A stretch of 64,000 nucleotides of DNA from Alphaproteobacteria bacterium (GCA_964291265.2 OZ219747.1:3680001-3744000), one strand, 5' to 3'; positions 1 to 10,047 are shown, counted from the stretch's first letter. A program made the numbers and translations. The notes: a model not told the origin generated them from the letters alone.

Positions 1-945
1 TGTTACAGTTTCGTTCAGCACCACAGGTGCGAGGATGGTGTGGAAGGTTGTGGACGTGGGCGCCGTGTAGCGCTTCTTCGACGGGCTGTAGAACGCACCC
101 ACCGCCGCCAGCTGTTCCTGGGTGAGCAGGGCGGCGAACTGAGCGAATGCGCTCACGCCGCGGTAGCCGGCGAGCCGGGCTGCGACGGCGATCGCGAGAA
201 TGGTTCTCAGCGGATAGCGCTTGCCCCGGGGCTTGCGGCACTCGGGCACCTCGCCCAGGCAGGCGAACAGACTGCGCAGCCCGGACGCGGCCATCGGTCC
301 GGCTTGGTCGTGCTGCTCCGCGTTCCAGCTCTCCGGGATCGCGTCCCGGCTCAGCGCCTCGGCGGCATCGTCGGTCAGTTCGTACATGAAGATCTCCTTG
401 GGCTGGCCGTGGTGACGGAAGCGTGCGGCGCCGCCGGGCTTGCGACCGAAGCCGCGCGTCAATCCCAGCGAGCGCCAGTTCGCCGCGCGATAGCAGGTTC
501 CGGCGAAGCGCTTGATGTCGACGAACGTCTCCGCGAGGAACACTGGGTATCCGTGCGCAGCCTCAATGTCGGCGGACAGCCGCCGAAGGCTCAGGCCGAG
601 CACGCGGGACGCCAGGTTCGGCACCCCTCTCGGGCCAAGAATGACGAACCGGGAATTGTTCGCGATCAGATGCAGGCGGCGGAACTGCTGCTCCGCAGTC
701 CAGCCGATCCAGCGGTCGCGTGCAGCAAGCTTGAACGCGCCCGGCTGCCAGCCGACCAGCGCCACCCAGGTCTCGCCGTGCAGGGCGACATGGCGCAGGC
801 CCTTGCCGATGATGCCGTGAAACCGCAGGTAGTGATGCTCCTTGACCAGACGATCCCAGAGCCGGTGCTCACGTGCGCCACGGGTCGGGCGCACCGTCAC
901 CTCGCGAAGGTCGATAGGGGAATCCGGGGTCGCAAGCGTCGTCAT
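1..945 (-). CDS. ISAs1-family transposase with N-terminal DUF4338 (DruA/Mom-like) domain, runs off window start
   Basis: Manual translation from ATG 945: MTTLATPDSP..WDRLVKEHHYL..ARDRWIGW..NNSRFVIL..NLASRVL..ETFVDIKRFAGTCYRAANW, then VPECRKPRGKRYPLRTILAIAVAARLAG (DDE_Tnp_1_assoc-like). Absent from ORF track because no stop in window. Confidence 0.8.
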   Translation of the reverse strand, partial: MTTLATPDSPIDLREVTVRPTRGAREHRLWDRLVKEHHYLRFHGIIGKGLRHVALHGETWVALVGWQPGAFKLAARDRWIGWTAEQQFRRLHLIANNSRFVILGPRGVPNLASRVLGLSLRRLSADIEAAHGYPVFLAETFVDIKRFAGTCYRAANWRSLGLTRGFGRKPGGAARFRHHGQPKEIFMYELTDDAAEALSRDAIPESWNAEQHDQAGPMAASGLRSLFACLGEVPECRKPRGKRYPLRTILAIAVAARLAGYRGVSAFAQFAALLTQEQLAAVGAFYSPSKKRYTAPTSTTFHTILAPVVLNETVT

Positions 946-1032
946 GCCGGCACACTGCCACAGCGAAAACGGGATGTCCACCCCCAGAATCCTGCGTGCG
1001 CCGAGCGCCGGGACGACAAAAGAAAAGCCCTG
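1..1032 (-). mobile_element. ISAs1-family IS, left portion
   Basis: Minus strand reads CAGGGCTTTTCTTTTGTCG from 1032, matching the CAGGG termini typical of ISAs1, 87 bp upstream of the transposase start. Confidence 0.65.
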
Positions 1033-1103
1033 CGCCGGCGGACGAGGCCGGCGACGGATAGGCGACCCGGACCCGTGACCCCGCGCGCGGCGTCCTGGGC
1101 CCG

Positions 1104-1613
1104 CTACAGCCCGAGCCGTTCGAACGTCCGAAGCGGCAGGTACAGGCGCAGCGGCCGCGACGGGAACGGCACGAAGCCGTACCGCTCGTAGAAGGCGCTG
1201 GCGCGGTCGTGCAGCGCATCGACCACGACGGCATAGACGCCGATGGTGTCGCCCGCGCGGACGACCCGATGGATCGCATCGAGCAGCAGGGTCTCGCCGA
1301 GCCCGCTTCCCTGACTGCGAAGATCGACGGCCAGCCGCCCGATGACGGCCGCCGGCACGGGATAGTGCGGCAGCCGCCGGGCGAGGTCCGCCGGCAGGTT
1401 GTCCTTCTCGAAACTCGCCGCGCTCAGCGTGTAGTAGCCGGCGATCCGTTCCGACGGGTCGCCCGGTGCGACGAACACCCGCGCGACACGCCGCCGGGCG
1501 TCCTGGGAAGCTTGCCGGCGGATGTAGCGGTCAAGCGACGACTCCCCGCAGGAGAAGGTCGCGCGGTCGTGATGCGGGCCGAGCGGCTCGAACGACTGCG
1601 GCGCTTCATCCAC
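1104..1613 (-). CDS. GNAT acetyltransferase toxin (TacT/AtaT-like)
   Basis: FSCGESSLDRYI, IAGYYTLSA, PVPAAVIGRLAVD..QGSGLG, FYERYGF; overlaps upstream antitoxin. Confidence 0.9.
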   Translation of the reverse strand: MDEAPQSFEPLGPHHDRATFSCGESSLDRYIRRQASQDARRRVARVFVAPGDPSERIAGYYTLSAASFEKDNLPADLARRLPHYPVPAAVIGRLAVDLRSQGSGLGETLLLDAIHRVVRAGDTIGVYAVVVDALHDRASAFYERYGFVPFPSRPLRLYLPLRTFERLGL

Positions 1614-1890
1614 CGATACGCTCGCGGTAACGGCGCGCGGCGCGGCGCAGCGCCGCGTTCGGCGCGGGCGGATTGAGCAGCGCGTCGTGGAAGGCGTCCC
1701 AGTCCGTCGCCGGGAGGACGATCCGCTCGTGCGCCTCGATCACCCGCTCGGCCTCGGCTACGGCACTGTGCAGCACGAAACGGCTGACCGTGGTTTCCTC
1801 GTAGGCCGCCGCGCGTTCGAGCTTGCGCTTGCTCCTGGCGTCGAGGCGCAGGTGGACCCGCTCGTGCTTCGTCTCGGCTGTTTCGGCCAT
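1606..1890 (-). CDS. DUF1778 ribbon-helix-helix antitoxin
   Basis: HERVHLRL..KLERAAA..VSRFVL..DWDAFHDALLNPPAPNAALRRA; 94 aa, directly upstream of GNAT toxin. Confidence 0.9.
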   Translation of the reverse strand: MAETAETKHERVHLRLDARSKRKLERAAAYEETTVSRFVLHSAVAEAERVIEAHERIVLPATDWDAFHDALLNPPAPNAALRRAARRYRERIGG

Positions 1891-1995
1891 TACGATGTCT
1901 CCCGCGTGAGTTGACGATAGATATATGCACCACATTGGCGTACATTGCAACCGTGTCGGCGGAGGACGACGGCGAGAGACAGGAGAACCGAGACC

Positions 1996-3655
1996 ATGAC
2001 CCTTTGCTGTGCGCTTTACGCCTGCAATTCGTCCGACCAGCAGCGGTCGGCCTCCATCGAGGACCAGTTCCGGGCCTGCCGCGAGCACGCGGAGCGCGAG
2101 GGCTGGAAGATCGTCGGCACGTACCGGGACTCCGCCATCTCGGGAGACAGCGTGATCCTCCGGCCCGGCGTCCAGGCGCTTCTGGAGGACGCGCGGCGAG
2201 GCGCGTTCGAGATCGTCGTCGCCGAGGCCCTCGACCGGATCAGCCGCGACCAGACCGATGTTGCGACCCTCTACAAGCATCTGCGCTTCGCCGGCGTGAC
2301 GATCTTCACGCTCGCGGCGGGCGAAGGCGAGATCAACGAGCTTCACGTCGGCCTCAAGGGGACCATGAACGCGCTCTTCCTGAAGGACCTCGCGGCGAAG
2401 ACGCACCGGAGGCTCCGGGGCCGCGTCGAGGTCGGCAAGTCGGGCGGCGGCATCTGCTGCGGCTATGACGTGGTGAAGCTGCACGACGAGGCCGGCGAGC
2501 GCATCCGGGGCGAGCGGGAGATCAACGAGGCCGAGGCGGAGATCGTCCGGCGCATCTTCCGCGAGTTCGCCGCCGACACCGCCCGCGCGCCATCGCGCGG
2601 CGCCTCGACGACGAGGGCATCCCCGGCGCCAAGGGCAGGCTCTGGAGCGACTCCGTCCTGCGCGGCCACGCCAGGCGCGGTACCGGGCTGCTCAACAACG
2701 AGCTCTATATCGGCCGGCTGGTGTGGAACCGCCAGCGCTTCCTGAAGAACCCGGACACCGGCAAGCGGGTCTGCGCGCGTCAACCCGCCCGAGGAATGGA
2801 TAATCGCCGAGGTTCCGGAGCTCCGCATCGTCGACGACGCGCTGTGGCAGGACGCCAAGGCCCGGCAGGAAGAGCTTGCCGAGAAATACGCCACCGCCAT
2901 CGCGGCGACGCGGAACGCCCACGCCAACCGCATGAAGGCCGCCCACCGGCCGCGTTATCTGCTCTCCGGGCTGCTCGAATGCGGCGTCTGCGGCGGCCCC
3001 TATTCCATGCGCGGACAGGGCCGCTACGGCTGCTCTAACCACGTCGTGACGGGCTCGTGCGCCAACAGCCGGACCATCCGGCGCGTCGAGATCGAGGAGC
3101 GGGTGCTGGCGGGGCTGAAGGACAAGCTGATGGAGCCCGAAGCCGCCGCCGAAGCGATGAAAGCGTATGCCGAAGAGACCAACCGGCTCAACCGCGAGCG
3201 CCGCGCGTCGGGCGCGAGCGACCGCGCGGAGCTGGCCGGGATCGAGAAGAAGATCGCGTCGATGCTCGACGCCATTGAGGAGGGTGGCTACGTGCGGGGT
3301 ATGTCCGACCGGCTCCGCGAGCTGGAGGCCCGCCAGGACGAGATCAACGAACGGCTGTCAGCCGCTCCGGTCGACATCCCGGACGTTCACCCCAACATTG
3401 CCGGCGTCTACCGCCGCAAGGTGGAGCGGCTCGCGGAGGCGCTGGCCGATCCCCGCGACCGCGACCAGGCGACGGAAGCCATAAGGGGGCTGATCGAGCG
3501 GATCGTGCTGACCCCCCGGCGCGAAGCGTGACGAGTTGCACGCCGCGCTCCATGGCGACCTCGGCACCATCCTCGAATGGGCCGGGAGCGGCAGGGCGAA
3601 GGGAGCGACCGACATCCTGCGAGGCGGAATGTCGGTCTCGGTGGTAGCGGGGGAA
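1996..3655 (+). pseudogene. Large serine recombinase (resolvase + recombinase + Zn ribbon), frameshifted
   Basis: ALYACNSSDQQ..SIEDQ, EALDRISRD, YLLSGLLECGVCGG, ERIVLTP, LHGDLGTIL..SVVAG spread over ORFs 1945-2745, 2721-3038, 2932-3531, 3536-3787. Confidence 0.85.
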
Positions 3656-4401
3656 CACTTCCACCGACACTGGACAGCCGTCCCGATCGCACAGAAGGCC
3701 GAACTCGATCTGCAGCTTGCCCTTCTTGCCATCCCGGGAATGACCCCTCCTCGCCAGGGGGCACGCTCTCCCCTCCATCCACACTGAAGTCAGGTCATGG
3801 AGCACCAGGCAGCCCTCTTCGAGGCGCCGCTTCGCCAGGGACCGCTCGATCCTCTCCTGACGCTCCAGGAGCCAGTCCATGGCGCCGTAGAGGGCGTCCT
3901 CGTCCATCTCCGCATCGAGGACCTCGCCCAGGGTGCTGACCGCTGTGGCCAGCTTCGAAGCGGGCTCGAGGATGCGTGCCACGATCATGGCCAGGACCTG
4001 ATCGCGCTCAGGCGAGGGCTTCGGGTCGATCAACCTGTCCAGTCCCAGCTTCTTCAGGGTTCCCAGCACCGCGGCGACATGCCCGTGGGGAAGGGAGCGG
4101 ACGATGTCGAAGGCATCGTCGAGATGTCGGACTGCTGTTCCTCCCTTGAGGAGGATGCGCAATCCCTCGACGAGAGTGGGGGACCACTTGGAGAGGTTGG
4201 CGATGGTGCGCTTCTTGACCTTTCCGTTTTCGTGATAGGACTCGCGGAGCAGGATGGCGGGCGGCGAGGAGCGGTTGGGGACGGCTTCGATGTACGTGGC
4301 CACCGTACATGGGTACGTTGTGAGGCCCGATAAATCCAGCAAACCGCGCAATATCAATGAGTTGACGCGACTGTCAGCTGGAAAGCGTGCGGAACTTCGG
4401 G
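3650..4401 (-). mobile_element. IS1634-family element, 5' remnant (start codon ACG, truncated)
   Basis: YIEAVPNRSSPPAILLRESY..KRTIANLS..LVLHDLTSVWMEG..GHSRDGKKGKLQIEFGLLCD; terminus CCCGAAGTTCC (minus strand) at 4401-4391. Confidence 0.8.
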
Positions 4402-4415
4402 CTCATCGTAACTAC

Positions 4416-5894
4416 TCACCCCTTGTTAGGGTCTGGTTGTCCGTAGTGCTCGTTGAGGATGTCTACGGCCTTTCCGTCGAGGGCGATGTGGATGGCGACG
4501 TGAGGGTTGTAGCCGAGTGCGTCCATGGTGGTGAGGTAGCTTGAGCCTCGGCACCATGCTTTGGCGTGGGGCATGGTGCGGAAACATCCGGACACCTTGA
4601 TCTTGACCTTTGTCATCCTGATCTTCTGCTCTCCGGTATTGTTGGTGAAACTGACGTTGGGGTCCTTCATGAAGCGCAGGACGGACTTCTCGTGTTTCAC
4701 GAGACGTTCATGCAGGTTGTGCGCGTCGGACTTTGCGATGCGTCCCCGTTTTCCCTTCGTCCGTGGCGGGATGTCGGGCAGTTCCTTGGCGCCCTGGGTG
4801 AGGATGGTGCGGTAGCGCTTGCGCACGGCCCGGCGGTCGGCCTCGTTCAAGGTCTTGGATGCGCTCTTGTTGACCCTGCGGGAGACCTCGCGCAGTAGGC
4901 TTTTCATCAGTCGCGCCCAGCGGTAGCCGTTGGACTCGACGACGAAGGTCAGTTCGCGCAGGAGATGGCTGCCGCACAGTTGGTGGCGGCATTGATCGTA
5001 GCCCATGTAGGCAGCCCAGCAGTCGTGGATCAGGACGCCCTTGTAGCGCGGGATGATGCCGATCTCTTCGATCGCCTCCCGGCCGCGCTTGGGGTGCGGG
5101 AACTTGCACGTCAGGGTGCCGTCGGTGACGACATGGAGCCATTGGGTCTTGCCGGCGACCCGGAAGCCGGTCTCGTCGACATGCAGGGCCGGTTGTTGCA
5201 GGAGATGGGCCACGGCGGCCTCCTCCCATGATGCGAGGGCATCGTGAAAGCGCCGGACATAGCCGAGACAGGTCGCCTCGGAGAGCTTGATGCCGGAGAT
5301 CGCGTGCACGAGCGAGACGGCACGACGCAGGGACAGCATCTGGGCGATCAGCAGGTTGATGACGAGGGCCTGGATGCTGACGCCGTACTGCAGGGGCCCC
5401 GGCATGTTGTCTGGGAACCGGCCCTTGGTCCGGGCCCGGCACTTCGGGCATTCCTTGATCTCGGCTTCGACGCGGTGCTCGACGACTTCGAACACGATGT
5501 CGTAGAGGACGCGGCACTCCCGGTCGACGGGGTCGACATCGTGGAGGTCGGCGCCGCAGGCGTCGCAGGCATCGACGGTGATCGTCTCCTCGATGGTGGT
5601 CGTGCGCAGGTTGTCGCCCGTCTGCTGGTTCGGTTTCGGGCCCTTGCCGTTGCTCCCGGTGCGCCTCGCGCTCTCGTCCTTGTCAGTCTGAGATGGCGGC
5701 AGACCGGAGTTCCGGCTCGTCTTACGTGTGATCTTCTCCATGAGCACGGTCAGCAACAGCTTTATCAGCATCAGCATGCCGCGGATGAGCTCCTCGCACT
5801 CCTGGTTGACCTTGCCTTGCTTGCGGAGATCCTGGAACTGCTTCTGGAAGACGTCGGCCTCCTGGCGCACAGACGTGCCGTTCACGCTCGCCAT
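4416..5894 (-). CDS. IS66 transposase (TnpC-like, ISBst12-type without TnpA/B)
   Basis: TSRNSGLPPS, CDACG..CPKC zinc finger, LHVDETG, LIHDCWAAY, HQLCGSHLLREL, FTNNTGEQKIR..KIKVSGCFR. Confidence 0.9.
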   Translation of the reverse strand: MASVNGTSVRQEADVFQKQFQDLRKQGKVNQECEELIRGMLMLIKLLLTVLMEKITRKTSRNSGLPPSQTDKDESARRTGSNGKGPKPNQQTGDNLRTTTIEETITVDACDACGADLHDVDPVDRECRVLYDIVFEVVEHRVEAEIKECPKCRARTKGRFPDNMPGPLQYGVSIQALVINLLIAQMLSLRRAVSLVHAISGIKLSEATCLGYVRRFHDALASWEEAAVAHLLQQPALHVDETGFRVAGKTQWLHVVTDGTLTCKFPHPKRGREAIEEIGIIPRYKGVLIHDCWAAYMGYDQCRHQLCGSHLLRELTFVVESNGYRWARLMKSLLREVSRRVNKSASKTLNEADRRAVRKRYRTILTQGAKELPDIPPRTKGKRGRIAKSDAHNLHERLVKHEKSVLRFMKDPNVSFTNNTGEQKIRMTKVKIKVSGCFRTMPHAKAWCRGSSYLTTMDALGYNPHVAIHIALDGKAVDILNEHYGQPDPNKG

Positions 5895-6556
5895 GACGAC
5901 GCCTCCACCGCCATGACAGCCGCCAGCACGGCGAGCCGCTCGCCTTCGGGCATCGTCCGGTAGCGCCGCGCCCAGCTCTCTGCGAGGCGCTTGATGCGCT
6001 GGCGGTCGATCGAGTTCCTGCCCGTATACGTATGCCAGTGCGGCCGGCCCGGTGCGAAGTTGAACCACAGCTTCTCGGTGACAACGCAGGCCTGGTTGTT
6101 GACCTGGACCTCGGCCGTGCGCCAGCCGGCGAGGTGCGTGTCGTAGAGCCGCGAGGGATAGCCGGAGATCATCACCTGGCAGGGCAGCGACGTCAGGATG
6201 TCGAGGAGCGCAACATGGTCGTCGTCCGTGCAGTCGAAGCGGTAGCGGCGCTGCGACCGGCGCGTCGACTGCACGTAAGGCGGGTCGCAGTAGACCAGCT
6301 CGCGGCCCTGGAAGGCGAAGGTCTCGAGAAAACGCAGGGCGCAGCCTTGGTGAAGCTCCACCGGATAGTCACAGCGGAAGCTGTCGATCGCCCGGCGGTT
6401 GAGGTCAATGCCGATGCTGCGTAGCGCCGGAGGCTTGCGCTTCATGATCGCGCCGCCCCCAAGGAACGCCTCGATGTACACGTCATGCGGCGGCATGGCC
6501 GCGACGATCGCCTGGCTCAGACCCGTCGTCGCCTTCGATCCATACCATGCCGCCAT
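5882..6556 (-). CDS. D12-class (Dam-like) N6-adenine DNA methyltransferase
   Basis: WYGSK, YIEAFLGGGA (motif I), YCDPPY (motif IV), VMISGY; GGAGA RBS; 3' end overlaps transposase start by 13 nt. Confidence 0.85.
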   Translation of the reverse strand: MAAWYGSKATTGLSQAIVAAMPPHDVYIEAFLGGGAIMKRKPPALRSIGIDLNRRAIDSFRCDYPVELHQGCALRFLETFAFQGRELVYCDPPYVQSTRRSQRRYRFDCTDDDHVALLDILTSLPCQVMISGYPSRLYDTHLAGWRTAEVQVNNQACVVTEKLWFNFAPGRPHWHTYTGRNSIDRQRIKRLAESWARRYRTMPEGERLAVLAAVMAVEASSWRA

Positions 6557-7154
6557 CAATATCTCCGACGCAAACCGCCCCGATGGCCTGCATGTAGAGC
6601 GCCCCTCCTACAATGTCAAGCGCATATCTCCAGAGGATTGGAAAGGCAGCCAACGGAACCCGCCCCACCGGACAGAACGGTTGACACGCAACCTCGGCGC
6701 GGGGTGCCGGATCACGTCGCAGCCCCCTCCCCATAAGGCCGGAACGTGGAGCTGAAGCCGAAGATCGATCCGCTTCTTGTCAGTCGGAACACGCACATCC
6801 GATCATCGGCAGCGAGCCAGTGAAGGCGGCAAGAGAAAATGCCGGATCCGAACCCGTCAAGAAAAACCATTCGTCATCAGTAGGGGGGTGAGTAGTTACG
6901 GCTCATCTTCAAAGGCGATTCCCCTAGCCCCGGGAATGGCGGATTTCAGGCACGGCCGCCGCCCGGATCGGTCAGATCGGAGGCTTTTTCCCGCAACAGG
7001 CAAATATGTTACATATAGCGCAATGATCCGTTGGGAGACGGCCATGGCCCCAGCATCCACCAGCGCGCAGCGCGCCGAGAAGCGCAGGGCGGCCCTCAGA
7101 GCACAGGGACTGCGGCCAATATAGATCTGGGTTCCCGATACCCGCGCCCCCGGT

Positions 7155-9573
7155 CTGCCCATCGGACACATTTCGCGCTCGACTCGCTGATTCCTTTGCG
7201 CTATGGTCGGGCGCATGGACGACCCTGTTTCGATTCCGAGCGCGCTTTCCTCGCCACAAGGCATGGCGAAGTTGTCGCGGATTCTGGCGCAGCCGGAGGT
7301 CTCACGTGCCGAGATCGGCCGCAGGGTATGCGACGCTTTCGGCTTTGTTGACTTTCGCGGGCGACCGCAGGTCACGAGTTGCCTTTGTTGCCCTTCGCCG
7401 TCTTGAGCGGGCGGGCAGGATCGTTCTTCCTTCGCCCCGCCGTGGCGGCGGCCGGGGTGCCGTGGCTCGCAGGGAGGTGGCGGTTGCCGAGCCTGTGGGT
7501 CTTCCGGCGAGCGCCGGTGCGGCCTGAGGGCCTTGAGCTTGTCCGGGTCGAGGGATCGGAGCTTCGGCTGATCTTCAACGAGCTGATGGCGTCGGAGCAT
7601 CCGCGCAGCGCCCGTCTTCACGTCGGCCGTCAGCTGCGCTACCTGATCGGATCGTCGCATGGCTGGCTCGGCGGGTTCCTGTTTGCTCCGGCGACGCGGG
7701 TCCTGGCGGCGCGGGATGCCTGGCTTGGCTGGGACGATGCGAGCCGCGAGCGGCATCTCGACGAGGTGATCGGTCTGGCGCGATTCCTGATCCGTCCATC
7801 CGTCTGTGTACGTTATCTTGCGTCGCGGGTCCTGGGCATGGCGGCCCGGCGCTTAGGTGGTGACTTTGCGGCGGCCTATGGCATCCGTCCGGTTCTGGCC
7901 CTTGACCTTTGTCGCGCCGGAGTATCGGGGCAGTTGCTTCCTGGCGGCCGGCTGGCGCTGTGTCGGTGAGACCACCGGGCGCCGGCTTCGTGACGGCGTG
8001 GCGGAACCGGCGAAGCGCATCCTTCTGCTGCCGCTGGCCTCGGACTGGGACACCTGCCTGGAGGCGCGGCGCGTCCTGGCGCCCGGGGACGGCCTTGACA
8101 GCGCGGCCTGGGCAGAGAACGAATTCGGCGCCGCGCCCTCAGGAGACGCCCGCCTGACGCAGCGGCTTGTGCGCAGTGCCGAGGTTCAGGCCCGGTCACC
8201 GACGAAGACATTCTTCGCTGCGGCGGCTGGCTGCGGAGCGACGGTGAAGGGATACGACAGGATGATCGAGCATCCGGACTACGACGCGGTCTGTGCGTCC
8301 ACCATCATCGGGGGGCATCGCGAACGGACCCTGCGGCGGATGCAGGGCCAGGCGCTGTCGCTTCTGGTGCAGGACGGCACGGACCTCAACTTCGCGACCC
8401 GCCAGGGTTGCGAAGGCCTGGGGATGATCGGCTGCAACACGGGGTCTTCGGGGACGTCGGGCCTGCACCTGCACACGACCTTTGCCGTGAGCGGCGACGG
8501 GGTTCCCCTCGGCGTTGTCAACCTTGAGTTCGACGCCCCGGACGGCGGGGACGACCGGGATCGTCCGGTGGAGGAGCGCAAGACCGGACGGTGGCTGCGC
8601 GGCCTTCGCCACAGCATCGCGGCGGCGAAGGAACTGGACGGGGTGAAGGCCGTGGCGGTGATGGACCGCGAAGGGGACGCGTTCGATGTGCTCCACGAAC
8701 ACCGTGCGGCGGGCTGCCGCCGTCTGGCGCTGCTGGTGCGGGCGCGCCATGACCGCAGCTTCGGCCGCGGCCGGCCCAAGCTGTTCGAGCGTGTGCGCAC
8801 GGCGCCGGAAGGCGGACAGTTCTCCCTCACGGTGGAGCGATTGTCGGGGCGACGTTCGACAGGGGCGCAGAAGGCCTCCGTCGGGCGAGCGAGGCGCCAG
8901 GCGCAGGTGAGCCTGCGCTGGCTGACACGCGAGATCCCGCCGCCTGCACACACAAGGGCGCACTTCGGAGCGCAGCCGGTGGTGCTGACCGCGATCCATG
9001 CCGGGGAGGTGGACAGGCCCGACGACGGGTCACAACCGGTGTCGTGGACCCTGCTCACGACCCTGCCTGTCACGAGCCTGCACCAGGCCCGCGAGGTGGT
9101 GCGGCTCTACGGGTTGAGGTGGCGGATCGAGGACTGGCACAGGATCCTCAAGTCGGGCTGCAAGGTGGAGACGATCGCGCATCGTACCGGGGGACGCATC
9201 GAACGGGCCGTGGCCATCAACGCGGTGATGGCCTGGCGCATCGCCGCTCTCACCCACCTGGCGCGAACGGAACCGGAGCTTCCGGCAAGGACCGCATTCA
9301 CCGACATCGAACTGGCGCTGCTGAAAGACTTCGCGCATGTCCGCAAGCTGCCGCCGCCCGAGGATCTCTCAGCGGCATTCCGCCTCGTGGCGACGATGGG
9401 CGGATACCTGAACCGCAGCAAGGACGGCCCGCCCGGCGCGGAGATCACCTGGAACGGCCAGGCTGCGCTGTCGTTCACGGCGTGGATGCTGGGTCACAGT
9501 GTCGATGCCGGGGACGACAGCGCCGTGCGGCAACACATCAGCTAGCCAGACGGCATTTGTGGGCAATGGGCAG
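7155..9573 (+). mobile_element. IS4-family (IS50/Tn5-like) element
   Basis: Ends CTGCCCAT.. / ..ATGGGCAG; 8-bp TSD CCCCCGGT at 7147-7154 and 9574-9581. Confidence 0.9.
7204..9545 (+). pseudogene. DUF4338-fused IS4/Tn5-like transposase, about 3 frameshifts in the N-terminal part
   Basis: DUF4338 motifs GRQLRYLI..ARDAWLGW..RFLIRP..LASRVL..TFV..GSCFLAAGW; Tn5-like WAENEFG..GDARLTQRL, VQDGTDLNF, MDREGD, YGLRWRIEDWHRILKSGCKVE, GGYLNRSKDGPPG. Confidence 0.85.
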
Positions 9574-9718
9574 CCCCCGGTTTTGCCGAAGAGTGCGCTC
9601 GCCAGGCCGCGGTCGTCGATGCGGCCAACCGCGCCGACCCGGAGCTCATGCAATTCATGGACGCAGCCGCCGCCGATCTCGCCGACCATCCGGACGCTCT
9701 TGAAACCGGACACGAGGA

Positions 9719-10047
9719 GTGAAGCGCGGCGACCTCGTCACTGTTGCGCTGCAGGGCGAACATGGCAAACCGCGCCCGGCGCTGGTGGTCCAGTCGGACC
9801 TTTTCGCCGGACTGACGTCGACTGTCACAGTCATATTGCTGACCTCGACCGTGCTCGACGCCCCGCTGATACGCGTACCGGTCCAACCCTCCGGGAGCAA
9901 CGGCCTGCGCACGCGCTCCTATGTCATGATCGATCAGATCTTCTCGGCAGGACGCGCCGCATCGGGCAGGTTTTCGGACATCTTGGCGATGCCGACATGG
10001 TGGCGGTGAATCGCGCGCTCGCCCTGTTCACGGGAATCGCCCGCTGA
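9719..10047 (+). pseudogene. PemK/MazF-family toxin, frameshifted near 9950
   Basis: MKRGDLVTVALQGEHGKPRPALVVQSD..NGLRTRSYVMIDQI, then other frame RIGQVFGHL..VNRALALFTGIA; GTGA overlap with antitoxin stop. Confidence 0.85.

Larger units (their letters stand above)
4408..6899 (-). mobile_element. Intact IS66-family element (2492 bp) with methyltransferase passenger
   Basis: Perfect 15-bp IR GTAACTACTCACCCC (4408-4422 / 6885-6899); 8-bp direct repeat GGCTCATC at 4400-4407 and 6900-6907. Confidence 0.95.
7044..9722 (+). pseudogene. DUF3018 (MazE-like) antitoxin split by IS4 insertion, internal TAG at 7122-7124
   Basis: MAPAST..LRAQGLRPI*IWVPDTRAPG (7044-7154) resumes FAEECARQAAVV..LMQFMDAA..* (9582-9722). 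Confidence 0.85.

Noticed and set aside
1-30. Possible end of another IS (TGTTACAGTTTCGTTCAGCACCAC) interrupting the ISAs1 transposase
   Set aside because: Too little sequence at the window edge to test
40-1191. 383-aa plus-strand ORF
   Set aside because: Antisense shadow of the minus-strand DUF4338-ISAs1 transposase; no recognisable motifs
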